Assembly: GCF_004010195.1 (NCBI RefSeq)
Contig: NC_057751.1
Span: forward strand, 8,236,404 to 8,300,403
Reading direction: 5' to 3'
DNA: 64,000 nt
Source of the DNA: Chiloscyllium plagiosum
Lineage: Eukaryota
The notes beneath the pieces are model-generated. The model was not told the DNA's origin and searched no databases. It saw only the letters and a program-made list of their open reading frames with translations. This document shows positions 12,481 to 25,309 of this stretch, piece by piece. The position numbers and the translations under genes were made by a program. Each line of letters opens with the position of its first letter. The stretch's first letter is position 1.

Positions 12481-13534
12481 TTTACACGTATCTGGAAAAA
12501 CAAGGTCTGATTAGGGATAGTCAGCCTGGTTTTGCATATGGGAAACTATGTGTCATGAACTTGATTGAGTTTTTTGAATAAGTGATAAAGAAGACTGATG
12601 AAGACAAAGTAGGAGATGTCGTCTGTATTGGATTCCACAAAGTGTTCGACAACGTTCTGCCTGGTAGACTGATTAGTCAAGTTAGATCCAATGGAATACA
12701 GAGAAAGCGAGCCAATTGGATGCAAAATTGCCTTGAAGGTTGGAGACAGAGGGTGGTGATCGAGGGGTGTTTTTTCGGATTGGAGACTTACGACCAGTGG
12801 TGTGATGTTTTTCATTATTTACATAAATGGGTTGGATGTGAATACAGGAGCTATGGTAAATAAGTTTGCAGATGACACCATCTGTGGTGTAGTGTACAGT
12901 GAAGAAGATTATTTCAGAGTACAACGGGGCCTTGATCTGATGGCCCGATTGGTTGAGGAGTGGCAGGTGGAGTTTAATTTAAATAAATGTGAGGTGCTGC
13001 ATTTTGGAAAGGCGAATCAGGGCTGGACTTATACACTTAATGGTAAGGTCCTGGGAAGTGTTGCTGAACAACAGACCTGTACAGTTCCTTGAAAGTGGAA
13101 TGGCAGGTAGAGAGGGTGGTGAAGAAGGCTTTCGGCATGCTTGCCTTTATTTGTCAGTGCATTGAGTATAGGAATTGGGACATCATGTTGCGGCGATGCA
13201 GGACATTGGTGAGGCCACAATTGATGTCCAAGCAGGGAGAGGTCCATCAAGATTCAATATAATGTAATGCAGGTTGCTGGTGGGGTCCTGCCAATCCCAT
13301 CAAAGTGGACACAACATGCACACTTGTGTGAACACATTGTGTGAACACAATGTGAAGTTGCTCACATTGAAAAGCCACTGGGAAGTTGCGAAAGCTGCTG
13401 AAACTGAATACATGCAAGACTTACATTGAACAGAATGATCCTAGATTGTGTGGAGCTCAGAGATGATGATGACACCCCACATCCATGAATTTTAAACCAG
13501 CACTGCACAGTAGCAACAGTTGTACACATGTACG

Positions 13535-13975
13535 ACCCGATCCTGAGGATGAAGGACTTGTTATATGAGGAGCGGTTGAGGAGTCTGGGTGTGAAATTGA
13601 TGGATTTTAGAAGGATGAGGGAGGGATCTAACTGAAACCTACAGAATATTGAGAGGCCTGGATGGAGTGGGCATGGAGAAGATATTTCCACTCGTAGGAC
13701 CAGAGGGCACAGCCTCAGAGTGAGGGGATGACCCTTTAGAACTGAGATGAGGAGGAACTCTTTCAGCCAGAGGGTGGTGATTCTGTGGAGGCCATGTCAT
13801 TGAGTATATTTAGGACAGAGATAGGCAGGCTCTTGATTAGAAAGGAGGGGGTGTCAAGGGTTACGGGGAGAAGGCACAAGAATGGGGTTGAGAAACCTAA
13901 CAGCCATGAACGAATGACAGAGCAGATTCAATGCGCCAAATGGCCAAATTCTGCTTCTACATCTTAGGGTCTTAT
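13535..13975 (+). mobile_element. CR1-clade LINE 3' fragment
   Basis: Decayed YEERL...FRRMR / RNSFSQRVV-type ORF2 end and 3' UTR. Confidence 0.65.
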
Positions 13976-14082
13976 GGGCAGCGACCTGCCAACACTCTTC
14001 GACAGCATGTTACACACCTCTACAAAATGCAGGAACAGGGGCAGCTGGTGCTTGGGAACGGCAACCACCTGCAAGCCACACA

Positions 14083-14565
14083 CATAGAACATAGAACAAT
14101 ACAGCGCAGAACAGGCCCTTCAGCCCTCGATGTTGCGCCAACCTGTGAACTAATCTAAGCCCACCCCCCTTCACTATCCCACCATCATCCGTGTGCTTAT
14201 CCAAGGATTGTTTAAATCTCCCTAATGCGGCTGAGTTGACTACATCGGCAGGTAGGGCATTCCATGCCCTTACCACTCTCTGAGTAAAGAACCTGCCTTT
14301 GACATCTGTCTTAAACCTATCATCCCTCAATTTGCAGCTATGCCCCCTCGGACAAGCTGACGTCATCAACCTAGACTTTCACTGTCTACCCTATCTAATC
14401 CTCTGATCATCTTGTATGTCTCTATCAAATCTTCCCTTAGCCTTCTTCTCTCCAATGAGAACAGACCCAAGTCTCTCAGCCTTTCCTCATAAGTCCTTCC
14501 CCCCAGACCAGGCAATATCCTGGTAAATCTCCTCTGCACCTTTTCCAATGCTTCCACATCCTTCT
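14083..14565 (-). mobile_element. CR1-clade LINE 3' fragment
   Basis: KKDVEALEKVQRRFTRILPGLGGRTYEERLRDLGLFSLERRRLREDLIETYK; CATAGAA-repeat tail. Confidence 0.9.
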
Positions 14566-15007
14566 TGACTTGGAAATATATAATTGTTCCTTCACTGTTG
14601 AGAGGCCAAAGTCCTGGAAATCCCTCATCTACTGCCTTGTGGCTCTCCCCACACCAGGGTGACCACAGTGATACAAGGAGACAGCTCGCCATCACCTTCT
14701 CAAGGGAAACGTGAGTTGGGATAAATGCTGGCCGAGCCAGCACCACCAACACAAAGGAAGAAGGAAGGTGATTGGATTGGAATACACAATTCTTCAAAGC
14801 CTTGTGAAGTTGGATGCTGTACCTCCTGAAATGGGGAGTCGAGAACCAAGGGTTATGGTCTGAGGTTCAGGAATCAGATATTTAGAGCTGAGATGAAGCC
14901 AAATGTTTCGACTCAAAGGCTTGTGAAGCTCTGTAACTTTCTAGGACACAGAACTTTAGAGGTTCAGTGATGGACAGTACTCAGGATAGACACCATGAGA
15001 TTTTCAG

Positions 15008-15560
15008 TCAAGTGTGTGGTGCTGGAAAAGCACAGCAGGTCAGGCAGCATCCAAGGAGCAGGAAAATTGATGTTTTGGGCAAAAGCCCTTCATCAGGAAT
15101 TAGGCTGGGAGCCTCGGGAGTGGAGGTAGCTGACTGCGCAAGATGGAGATGGGGGTAAAGGTGATAGTTGGGGGGCTGGACCAGATAGGTGGGAAGGAAG
15201 ATGGACAGATGGGACGGGTCATGAAGGTGGTGTTGAGCTGGAAGGTTGGAACTGGGGTAAGGTGGGGGGAGGGGAAATGAGGAAACTGGTGAAATCCACA
15301 TTGGTACCATGGGGTTGGAAGGTCCTGAGGCAGAAGATGAGGCATTCTTCCTCCAGACGTCGGGTGGTTAGGGAATGGCAATGGAGGAGATCCAGGACCT
15401 GCATGTCCATGGCAGAGTGGGAGGGGGAGTTAAAGTGTTCGGCCACGGGCAGTGGGGTAGATTGGTGCGGGTGTCCTGGAGATGTTCTCTGAAGCACTCT
15501 CTGAGGAGGCATCCTGTCTCCCCAATGTAGAGGAGACCGCATCGGGAGCAACAGATACAG
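15008..15560 (-). mobile_element. PLE 3' part: frameshifted GIY-YIG endonuclease followed by the family A pseudo-LTR with decayed HHR (15067-15096)
   Basis: CICCSRCGLLYIGETG...FREH then PVAEHFNSPSHS...GTNVDFTSF; downstream CTGATGAAGGGCTTTTGCCCAAAACATC. Confidence 0.9.
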
Positions 15561-16914
15561 TTCTCCTCCTTTCTTATTAAAGTCAAAGATCAGTTCTCTA
15601 GTTTTGCCGAAGTTGAGAGAGAATGGTTTGGGCCAAAGGGCCTCTTCTTTGGTGTCTGACTTTATGAATCGAGTGACATGGGATCAGGACAGCGATGTGG
15701 ATTTAAGAATGAAGATCAACCATGATCGTCTTAAATGGAAGCCAGTTGAGACTCAATGGGATGACATTCTCTCCACTTTATGCCCTTCTGCTGGTGATAG
15801 TGATAACAGGGGTGTGGGTGCTTTTTAGAAACTGGCCTCAAGTGGAAACACATGGACGCAAGGGTGTTCATCATCACATCCTGTTTCCGTCACACTCATC
15901 ACCCACTCCTCCCTTGGATTGTAATACTTCATTTAACACTTTAAACTGCGCACAGGACAGAACAGCAGCTTGTCTAACCTCTCTCCACTCTCAGGACACC
16001 CATTCACCACAGGACAGAAAGACAAATATTCAGACTACCACAAGTCAAAGCGACGAGCAGCCTGTGCAGAGTTCAGGTAATACGCAGTTTGACCGAGTCC
16101 GTGCGGCGGACATGGTTTAAAAGAAGTTACTTGAGCAGCAAAGGGAGAGCAAGGCTGCTGGCTGCTTGTGTGAAGATAATTAAGAATTCAGCATTTTCTT
16201 TTTCTAAAATTAAATCTGCCTTCGTGAAGAGCCCACAAAAGCTTCCAGGCAATCGTGCCTCAAATTCCCAACTGTGGCTCACATATAATCCACACTATTG
16301 TTCAAGACTCTTGCTCAACAAGCTGCTGATAATCCTCCCATTATTGAACTCTGGAAGGGCACATATCAAATCTTCAGCCTTGTAAAACAGGATGTACACA
16401 AAACTGTGCACCAATTACTGAATGACTCATTTTCCTATACACAGACATAAAAACAGAGTTTCCTAATTCCCTACAGCTCCTGGTTACTGTCCGCAGTGTG
16501 GTCCTTGCTTGCTTGACCACAGAGATCTGAGTGGTCTCTTTCTGTGCCATAGTCTTTCTACGGTTCTGAAACAGCAGTCCCTTTCATTTCACTTTACAAT
16601 GGGGTAATAAGCACGTTTACTTTCATTTTTTATTGAGTTAGACAACAGCCATTCGCTGTTCAGGTGAAGATGAGAGAGGCAGCAGACTCAGAATCAGAAG
16701 AAACTTGCTGACCATAGTATTCTTAAGAGTGCGGGTGCAGATACCCAACACCATCAGTGAGCTAACAGCAGTGCAGGCTGAGATTCAGGAAGGCAGCACA
16801 ATCCTTGCTGTTAGCAGCACCAGCACAAACCATTCAGTGCTTAAACCAGCAAGAACATGGGGGCATTTATAAGTTCAGCCCCACACTCAATAAGGTATTC
16901 AACAGGTGAGGTGT

Positions 16915-17120
16915 CAGAGGGTGGTGCGTGCATGCCAGATGAAGTGGCGGAGGCTGGTACAATTAGAACATTTAGAAGGCACCTATATGGGTGCATGAAT
17001 AGGAAGGGTTTAGAGGGATATGGGCTAAGTGCTGGCAAATGGGACTAGATTAGCTTTGGATGTTTGGTTGGCATGGACGAGTTGTTCCGAAGGGACTGTT
17101 TCTGTGCTGTACAGGTCTAA
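16915..17120 (+). mobile_element. CR1/HER1-like 3' end
   Basis: EVAEAGTIRTFRRHLYGCMNRKGLEGYG plus tail. Confidence 0.75.
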
Positions 17121-17499
17121 AAACATTCTTCCAAAATACTTGCTGTTTTAATGTGACAACACTACTCTCCCTGGAACAAGTCCAAAGTGAATCAGGTCAG
17201 GCCAATGGTACAGGGAGAAAAGAAAATGTTATGTTAATGTTTCAGGTCAAAGACGTTGCATCAAAACCAGTTTGTGTAAGAAGTCTACGACTTTAACATA
17301 AGACCGTTTGGTCATTGCGGACACTGCTGAATTTACCATTTTAATTCCACGTTTGTTAGCCTCTGCAGTATTTCACTTGCTAATTTCCCCAAACGTTGCA
17401 AGTCAGAATCTATGATAAGCATCACTTAGACTCAACAAGATGAAGTTGAATTCCTTGACAACACATTTTTGAGAAAATTCAGGCAGTGTCCATTGTCTT

Positions 17500-18200
17500 G
17501 CTGCTCAGTCAGAAAGCAGTGGGTGGGTTCCAAATCTCACTTCAAAGACTTGAGCTGACAATTTCCGTGCAGCACCGAGAGTATGCCACACTGTCAGAGG
17601 TGCTGTGTTTCTGGTGAAATGTTGACCCCCTCAGCTGCACACGGTACCTCGTTGCAAGGTGTGGAGTTGTCGTCAGTTCCCCCAGCTGTTACTTATCCGT
17701 CAACCTGGTGCTGGGTGGGTGCCAAGTGACTTTGATCACAGTAGTAGACGCGTCAACTTTAAGGGCATTTAAAACGTCATTGGATAAACATACGGATTAA
17801 AATGGAATGGTGTAGGTGAGAAGGGCTTCAGATTGGTTTCACAGGTCGGCGCAACATCAAGGGCCAAAGGGCCTGTACTGCACTGTAATGTTCTATGTTC
17901 CATGTACCCTGCGTCTCAGACAATATATGTTGCTATGCCCTCTCAAAACTGGCTTTCATGCACGTGTCCTGAAGATGCCAGACAAAGTGGTTCAGCGTCA
18001 AGGATCTTTTTACAGCTTCCAGCTTATCCATGCATTTATTTCAGTGCTGTTTGTGGGATGTGGCTGGATGTTTGCCAATACGTACCCTCCGCTACAACAG
18101 TGACTACCTTTTGAGAAGAGCTTAATTGGCTGTAAAGTGCTTTGGGTTATCCTGAGGCCATGAAAGAAGCCGTATAAATGCAAGGTTTTTGCTTCTTTTT
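17500..18200 (+). mobile_element. DeuSINE-like remnant interrupted by a CR1 3' end (about 17740-17900)
   Basis: Head GTGGGTTCCAAATCTCACTTCAAAGACTTGAGC; tail GCTGTTTGTGGGA...ATTGGCTGTAAAGTGCTTTGGG...ATAAATGCAAG. Confidence 0.55.
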
Positions 18201-18460
18201 ATCTCTTTTAAGACAACTGAGAGACAACGGCGCGTAATAGTGCTCTTGGGCCTGCTAATAAATGCTCAGGCTGAATCAATACAACTTTAAATTCTGCTGT
18301 AGTGGTCCTGTCTGTATTTTATTCGGCTCTAACTGAAACATATGGGCTATGATTAGTAATATAAACAAGTGCATCCAAACCCAAATCAAAAGCAGGTGAA
18401 ATTCAGGTCCAAATCATAGGGAGTGGGTCATATGCCAGGTTGGTTTAAAGGAGGGTTGAG

Positions 18461-18793
18461 AATCATTGAAACCCTACAGTGTGGAAACAAGCCATTTGGC
18501 CCAACAAGTCCACACTAACCCTCCAAACAGTATCCCACCCAGACCCATTCCCCTACCCTATTACTCTACATTTACCCCTGACCTATACATCCCTGAACAC
18601 CATGGGGCAACATAGCATGGCCAATCCACCCAACCTGCACATTTTTGGATTGTGGGAGGAAACCAGAACATCCAGAGGAAACCCACACAGACGTGGGGAG
18701 AACGTGCAAACTCCACAGAGACAGTCACTCAAGGCTGGAATTGAACCTGGGTCCTTGGCACTGTGAGGCAGCTGTGCTAACCACTGAGCCACC
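18461..18793 (-). mobile_element. HE1-like V-SINE
   Basis: Minus strand begins GGTGGCTCAGTGGTTAGCACAGCTGCCTCACAGTGCCAAGGACCCAGGTTCAATTCC. Confidence 0.88.
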
Positions 18794-19247
18794 AGTGTAA
18801 TGTTGGATTGAAGACCCCCAGAGAAGCAACTCTGCAGCCACCGTCTTTGTAGGGGGAGGGGTGCAGGGACAATATACAGCAGCAGGAGTGCTTTCTGCCA
18901 AATTCATGGGCCACACAGGAGACTGGACTTGTGCAGAAAGTATGGGGAAAATCAACCGAAGTATCTGAAGTAATAAGTGTTTTGCAAACTAGAAAGGTGC
19001 AGACATTCATTGTGTACGCTTTCGTGGTTGGTGCAGCACTGTGTTGGAAACTGGTAAAGAGTGAGTCCTTTCCCCCACCCCTTCTCCCATCCCATCTGCC
19101 TCCACACGCCACCCGACCACCACTTGCTCTCCCCGATGGTCGCTTTCACCCCCACCAACCCATCTTCACTGCCTACCCACTCAACCTAGTCCAAAAGTGT
19201 CCCTTGTTTTATTTGCTAAGAGCCGGTCGCTAGAAGAGGAACTCAAC

Positions 19248-19563
19248 GACGGCACGGTGGCTTAGCAGTTAGCACCGCTGTCTCTTGGACCAGGGACCTG
19301 GGTTCAATTCCAACCTCGGGTGCCTGTCTGCGTGGAGTTTGCACATTCTCCCCGTGTCTGTGCAGGTTTCTTCCGGGTGCTCCGGTTTCCTCCACACAAT
19401 CCAAAGATGTGCAAGTCAGGTGAATTGGCCATGCTGAATTGCCCATAGTGTTAGGTGCATCAGTCAGGGGTAAATATGGGTCTGGGTGGGTTACTCTTCG
19501 GAGGGTTGGTGTGGACTTGTTGGGCCGAAGGGCCTGTTTCCATGCGGTAGGGAATCTAATCAA
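19248..19563 (+). mobile_element. HE1-like V-SINE, full length
   Basis: tRNA head, V-domain, tail TTGGGCCGAAGGGCCTGTTTCC...GGAATCTAATC. Confidence 0.88.
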
Positions 19564-19689
19564 GGCAATGCGTGGGAGATAGTTGGGCTGAAGAAGTCAA
19601 TTCCAGAGCTTGGGAAAGTGTAGGCAACTTAGGCCTGGCGTAAGATCAGAAGGTAAATGGAAAGAGAGAGAGAGATACTCAGTCACAGG

Positions 19690-20013
19690 ATCTGGGCTTG
19701 CTGGCTAAACCAACATTTATTGCCCATCCCTAATTGCCCAGAGGACAGTTGAGAGGGAACCACATTGCTATGGGTCTGGAGTTGCATGTAGTCCAGACCA
19801 GGTTAGGATGGCAGTTTCCTTCCCTGTAGGGCATCAGTGAACCAGATAGGCTTTTCCCGACCAGCAGCAACAGATTCATCATCGTCATTAGACTCTTAAT
19901 TTCAGATCTTTATTGATTTCAATGTCTGTAGTGACAGGATTCAACCTTGAGTCTCTGGAACATTACTGAGGTCTCCAGCTGAATAATCTCGTGATAATAT
20001 CTCGGAAGCCATC
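19690..20013 (-). mobile_element. Second tRNA-derived SINE family (tail GGGCAATTAGGGATGGGCAATAAATG)
   Basis: Homologous copies at 20920-21243, 38575-38870 and 47617-47855; tail shared with LINE-like fragments such as 58265-58845. Confidence 0.7.
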
Positions 20014-20025
20014 AAAGTCAAAGAG

Positions 20026-20218
20026 GAGAAAGTGAGGACTGCAGATGCTGGAGATCAGAGCTGAAAAAGCGCAGCAGGTCAGGCAGCATCCAAGGAGCAG
20101 GAGAAGGGCTCCTGAAGAAGGGCTGATTCCTGAAGAAGGGCTCATGCCCGAAACGTCGATTCTCCTGCTCCTTGGATGCTGCCTGACCTGCTGCGCTTTT
20201 CCAGCAACACATTTTCAG
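20026..20218. mobile_element. Family A inverted pair with stuttered junction and 15-bp TSD
   Basis: TSD ATCAAAGTCAAAGAG at 20011-20025 and 20219-20233. Confidence 0.9.
20125..20162 (+). ncRNA. Minimal type I HHR motif, intact core
   Basis: GATTC-CTGAAGA-A-GGGC-TCAT-GCCC-GAAAC-GTC-GATTC (stem I: 4 pairs plus a U.U mismatch). Confidence 0.72.
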
Positions 20219-20919
20219 ATCAAAGTCAAAGAGCAAGGTGAAGAAGTTGAAAGTTCAGATGAGGTAAAGTGAGACTCAATAGGATGCAAAGAGTAACGAA
20301 TGAGGTTTGGAATGTGAAAGAGTCAAAAATAAAAATTGAGAGTCACCAGAGTGAGTATGAATATTACTCCAGGGAGCAGTACAAGTCCAATCCCTTTGAT
20401 TGCTAAAATCGGTTCTGACTAACATTTTTGATAGAGGCAGAGGAGGCGCAAGAGGGTAGATGGTGTGCATGCATGGTGCAAAAGACATTTGTTCCAACAC
20501 TGTACTGTTCTGAGGAGGAGTCAAATAGGACCTTTCCTCTTTCCACAGATATTGCCAGACCTGCTGAGTTTCTCCAGCATTCTCTGTGTCCCCCCTGTCG
20601 ACAAGTGATTTGAGACAACTAGGGAAAGCACCTTTTGAAAGGCAACAGCAGACACACGGTGAACAGTCTGCACTCAACAAACAGTAATGTGATGACCAGA
20701 CAATTGATTTTTGTCACGTTAATTGAGGGATAAGTATGGGCCAGGGCGCCGGGGATAACTCGGCTTTGAAGTAGTGAAGAAATTAAATCATAATTCTTAG
20801 GCTGTAACCTCTGAAAGGGAACAAGTGAGAGAAACAGAAAGAGATGTGGGACAATGTTGGTCAAAGCATTACAAAACTACAAAGGAGAGCTGATTTTCTA
20901 TGAAGTCGTTTTTTTTTTG

Positions 20920-21243
20920 TTGACTTGTGTGACATGGGCATCACTGGCTGGCCAGCATTCATTGAACTGTGAACTGAATGGCTTGCTAGATCATTTCAGA
21001 TGGCAGTTAAGAGTCAACTGCATTACTGTGGGTCTAGAGTCAGATGTAGGCCCGACAAGGTGAGGCCGGCAGATTTCCTTCCCTTGAAGGACATGAGTGA
21101 ACCAGATGAGTTTTTCTGACAATGGTTTCATGGTCATCAATAGACTCTCAATTCCAGATTGTTACTGAACCTGGGTCTCCAGAGCATGAGCTGAGTTTCT
21201 GGATTAATAGTCTAGCGATAATACCACTGGGCCATTGCCTCGC
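20920..21243 (-). mobile_element. Second tRNA-derived SINE family copy
   Basis: Similar to 19690-20013; minus strand starts GAGGCAATGGCCCAGTGGTATTATCGCTAGAC. Confidence 0.7.
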
Positions 21244-21313
21244 CTCATTTCCATCACTTGTTATGAAAGGTCTCTGTGGATTCCTTTCAGAAATTGTTCA
21301 TTTAATCCATTAC

Positions 21314-21800
21314 TGCAGGAGTAGGCCAATCAGCCCATCAAGTCTATTCTGCCATTCAGTGAGATCATGACACACCTGTACTCCAGATTCCTGCCTTTTC
21401 TTCATGACCCTTGATTCCCTCAATGACTAAAAATCTGTCTATCTCATCCTTTAATACCCAGACTCGACAGCCCTCTAGGGTAAAGAATTCCACAAATTCA
21501 CTAACCTCCGTGAGAGAAATACCTCTTTATTTCTGTTTTACATGTGCGACCCCTTATTCTGAGATTATGATCTCCAATCTAAACTCTCTCAACTAGGGAA
21601 ACAATTTCTACCCTGTTAAATCTCCAAACAATCTTGTATCTTTCAATAAGGTCACCTCTGATTCTTGTAAACTCCAATGGGTACAGGCCCGGTGCACTCA
21701 AACTTTGGTCCCCATACCTTGGACCAGCTGAGTGAATCTTCCCAGTCCTGCTTCCAATGCCAACACATCTTTCCTTGGATAAGGAGACCAAAACTGTTTG
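21314..21800 (-). mobile_element. CR1-clade LINE 3' fragment, decayed
   Basis: GLYPLEFTRIRGDLIERYKI on the minus strand. Confidence 0.65.
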
Positions 21801-24142
21801 GTGTCCCCTTAAAGCCAAATGGAATGCAACCAAAGCAGTTTTCCATGTGTGGATCATGTCAACAATTCATTAAACTACAAGTTTGGACTGAATGTGTGGC
21901 AACACATATTGAGGTGGTCAATTCATTTAACCTTGCAAACCATGGTGGGGGTTAAATTCTGGTCCCCACATTCTAGTCACCATTGTAGAGGTCTTCTGGT
22001 GCAGTGACCTCTGATCCAGCTAAGCCCAGGTTCAAGTCCCACCTGTCTCAGACGAGTGTCTTAACATCTCTGAACAGGCTGATGATAAAATAATCTCGCT
22101 CCCATGACGCACCCAATCCTCTCCACGATGCTGTTGGTCCTTTTGCGACCTTGCAGATTCCTGTCTAAAAATAGATCACAGTCTGAATATTTTAAATAAA
22201 AATCACTGGGCCATTTGTGCCTTATTTGCCAGTCGCAGATGGTTTGTTGAAACATCGCAATTATTTTAAAAACCTTCCTGTTGGCATCTCATTAAACGTC
22301 AAATTTTGGTAAATTAAAGTCATGTGCATCGGAACTTTGTTATTGCTTGAATCTTAGTCAGCACTTAGATTCCAGGAGCTCATTTCAGGCACCCAATTTG
22401 TGTCCTTCTCCTCCAAGACATCTCCATCCATTGTGACAATAGTAGGAATCCACACCATCTGAGTACGTTTTAGAACAGGTTATGTTTAACCCTCAGACAG
22501 CAGTGTGACTGATACCAGCCATGGTCTCCACAGCAGTTGTTGTGCCTAAGATGCAGCGCTGTTCCCTTCCGAAGGTAACTGAGACCCGCACTCAAATCCA
22601 CTGCCTTGGTGTGCACAGCTCCAATTGACAAGGTACCCCATTCCCCAGACATTCACCCTCAACCAATGCCAGCAGTCAGAGTGAGGAATCTGGATTTTCA
22701 GAGCTCCCCAATAATTGTGCTTGTGTTAGCTGTTCGTCCAGCATTTGGCAATGGCAGTGGAGAGTTACATCAAAGTTTAAGCAATGCCACAGTGATGGTA
22801 AATACGACTGGGGGTTTTCAGAAGCCACTCAACACCAGGTTTGTGAAATCCTGCACTGGTCAGAAAAAAGAGCCTTTACCCCATCGCTCCCTGGGAAATA
22901 TAATACCTGAACTCAACACTTGTGAAATCTTCCTGTGCACCCACAATTCCCCATGCACTCAACCATCCACCCACCCAGCTGCAGTGGCTGCGCTATTTAA
23001 ATTCAAGTCTTTTTTGTCATGCCACTCTCAGTATCATGATAGTTATATTTCTCTAGCGCCTTTTGTCCCGGTCCCAAAGTGTGCCACAGAGGAGGGTTGC
23101 CGAGCAATGTTGCACACCAAAACCACATGAGGAGAGATCATGATGACGTTGACCAAAACTTCAATTAAAGCGAGAGGTTTTTGGGAGCTGAGTTGCCCCT
23201 TGAGAATGTGGTGGTGAATTGTCTGCTTGAACTGCTGCAGTCCACTTGCTGTGGGTTAATCCACAATGTAACTACGGAAGGAATTCCAGGATTTTTGACG
23301 CAGGTGACAGTGAAGGAACACTGATCTATTTCCAAGACAGGAAGGTGAATAGTTTGGAGGGGACTTGCGGGTGGTGGTGTCCCCATGTATCTGTGGCCTT
23401 GCTCTTCTAGGGGGAGGTAGCGATGGGTTGGGAGATCCTCTGCTGAGGATCTTTGGTGAATTTCCACAGTGCATCTTATAGATAGTACACGCTACTGCTA
23501 CTGAGCTTCGGTGGTGCAGGGAGTGGATGTTTGTGGATGATAGGTTTCCTTCTCCAAAGGACGCGAGTGAATCATTTGGGATTTTATGACAATTGGCAGC
23601 AATTACATAGCTGCCTTTTCTTATTCCACACTTTTTGAGTTAACTCAAATTTCACCACTTGCCACTGTGGGACAAGAACCCATGTATCTCAGAATATTAG
23701 GCTAAGGTTCTAGCTGACCAGTCCAGTGACCTGACCACGACACCACCACCTCCCCCAAAATAGCAGCTATTCAGCAAGATCCAAAACCTGGAAATTTAGC
23801 ATCTGTCACATACAACTTTGAAGGAAAGAATATTCAAGCTTGGGGAGAGTTTCACTGCAAATAGTATGCATGTGTGTTGTGTTTGTACGTGTGTTATCTC
23901 TGAGTTGAGGGATACAGAATGGAGATTGACCAGAAAAACTGGGATTGTTACCAGAGCTTCAAAAAACATCAAGAGCTTTGACAAAGTTAATAAGGAGACA
24001 CAATTTCCGATGACAGAGGGTCAGTAAGCAAAGGACACAGACTCAAGACAAGTGACAATGAAAGAAAGCAGAGTTAAGGCCAGGAAGAACATGTCTTTCT
24101 TTGCAGCTATAAATCCAAATCTGGAATACAACACCTGTAAGG

Positions 24143-24779
24143 TGTGATGATACCATATTTTTGAGCGGTTATTTCATCCTTTAGTTTTTAAAGAAAGGTT
24201 TCAAAACAAAGGTGATGAGATGTCTACTGAAAACTCATGAAGGAAATAGCTTGTGTTTTTGTAAAAGTTGGAACAATAGAAGCAGCCTGAATGGGTGTGG
24301 TCAAGCTCCCAGAAAACCAGAATTTCTAGTTTCTTAATTTTCAGTGGCAATTGTTGCTGTGGTCTTAAAGAATTTGAAGCTATTTTTTCATTCTCTCGAT
24401 TACAGTTAAAAGCTGAGAATTCCCTTCCTGCTGCTGGAGTTGCACGTGAGACAATCTGTCTTCTGAATTTGCCTTTGCCAAGAGTGTGATTATAGGATGT
24501 TATTATATTGGAACAGTTAATTAGTAGTCATTATCAAAGCTATTATTCTGTTAGATTTTCTAATCGAGTTGCATATAAGCCAATTCTTATCTTTACTCTT
24601 TCTTTAGTTGCATTTTAAGTAGAGTGTATGGATAAAGTGTGTTTTGCTTGAAATCTGGGAGTTGACCAATCAAAGTGCATCTGGAATGCAGCACATAACA
24701 CTCACCTTGAAATTAAGAAAAAGTTAGGGGCTAAACTATCTTCTTGATATTTTGAGGGGATTTGCTCTGGTCCACAACA
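24143..24779 (+). mobile_element. Solo LTR (Gypsy-like) with 4-bp TSD
   Basis: Termini TGTGATG...CACAACA, AAGG on both sides (24139-24142, 24780-24783); homologous to 34330-35138. Confidence 0.72.
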
Positions 24780-25293
24780 AAGGACACAAGAAGCATATTC
24801 AGTTGTACATCTCAAAAGGAAACTGGATAAATAGTGACAGATAAGAATTTGTCAGACAATGGGGGAAAGAGCAAGGCATGTGCACGAAGGAATGAGCCCC
24901 GGACCTTTGAGCTCAATGGCATTTATCTGTGGCTTGTCTTTCGATGATTCTCAGACCCACCACTCACTGTAGGTGCCCAGCAGTGACCCCTGGCTGATTG
25001 ACAAACAGTACCCCCTTGACAGACCAGGGACATCCCTATCCAGTAGATTCAGGACCCGGTGAGAGGAATCACAAGGCCAGCAGACGCTGAGTCCTGCGGA
25101 GACAGCAGTTTTTTCACTCTATCTGACAAATCCTCCCACACAATGACGTCCAAATTAGAGACTACCTCCAAACCTTGTTGATTTCTGTGCATGTGCAGCC
25201 TTTCAAAGGTTGCTTGCTGCGGGGCGTTCGGCCACCTGTGGTGAGTGGTTCGGCTGATTAAGCTTGGTTGAGGAGCTGGAAAACAAATTCGAG

Positions 25294-25309
25294 CGTTACC
25301 TTGGCAACG
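25294..25309. promoter_or_regulatory. RFX X-box motif
   Basis: CGTTACCTTGGCAACG fits GTNRCC-N2-RGYAAC, in apparently non-repetitive sequence. Confidence 0.4.

Larger units (their letters stand above)
8490..13225 (+). mobile_element. Long decayed CR1-clade LINE (ORF1 esterase-like region, ORF2 APE and RT) carrying four nested insertions
   Basis: ORF1-like AIGNTLAWGTDKPFC and MVCCLHGASVKDV; APE motifs IIAITETWL, GVYYRP, VMVGDFNFPNIDW; RT motifs EDWRLANMVSLFKKG, FHKVFD, KFADDT; many stops. Confidence 0.88.

Noticed and set aside
22606..23130. 174-aa ORF with a non-ATG start
   Set aside because: No recognisable homology or supporting gene structure
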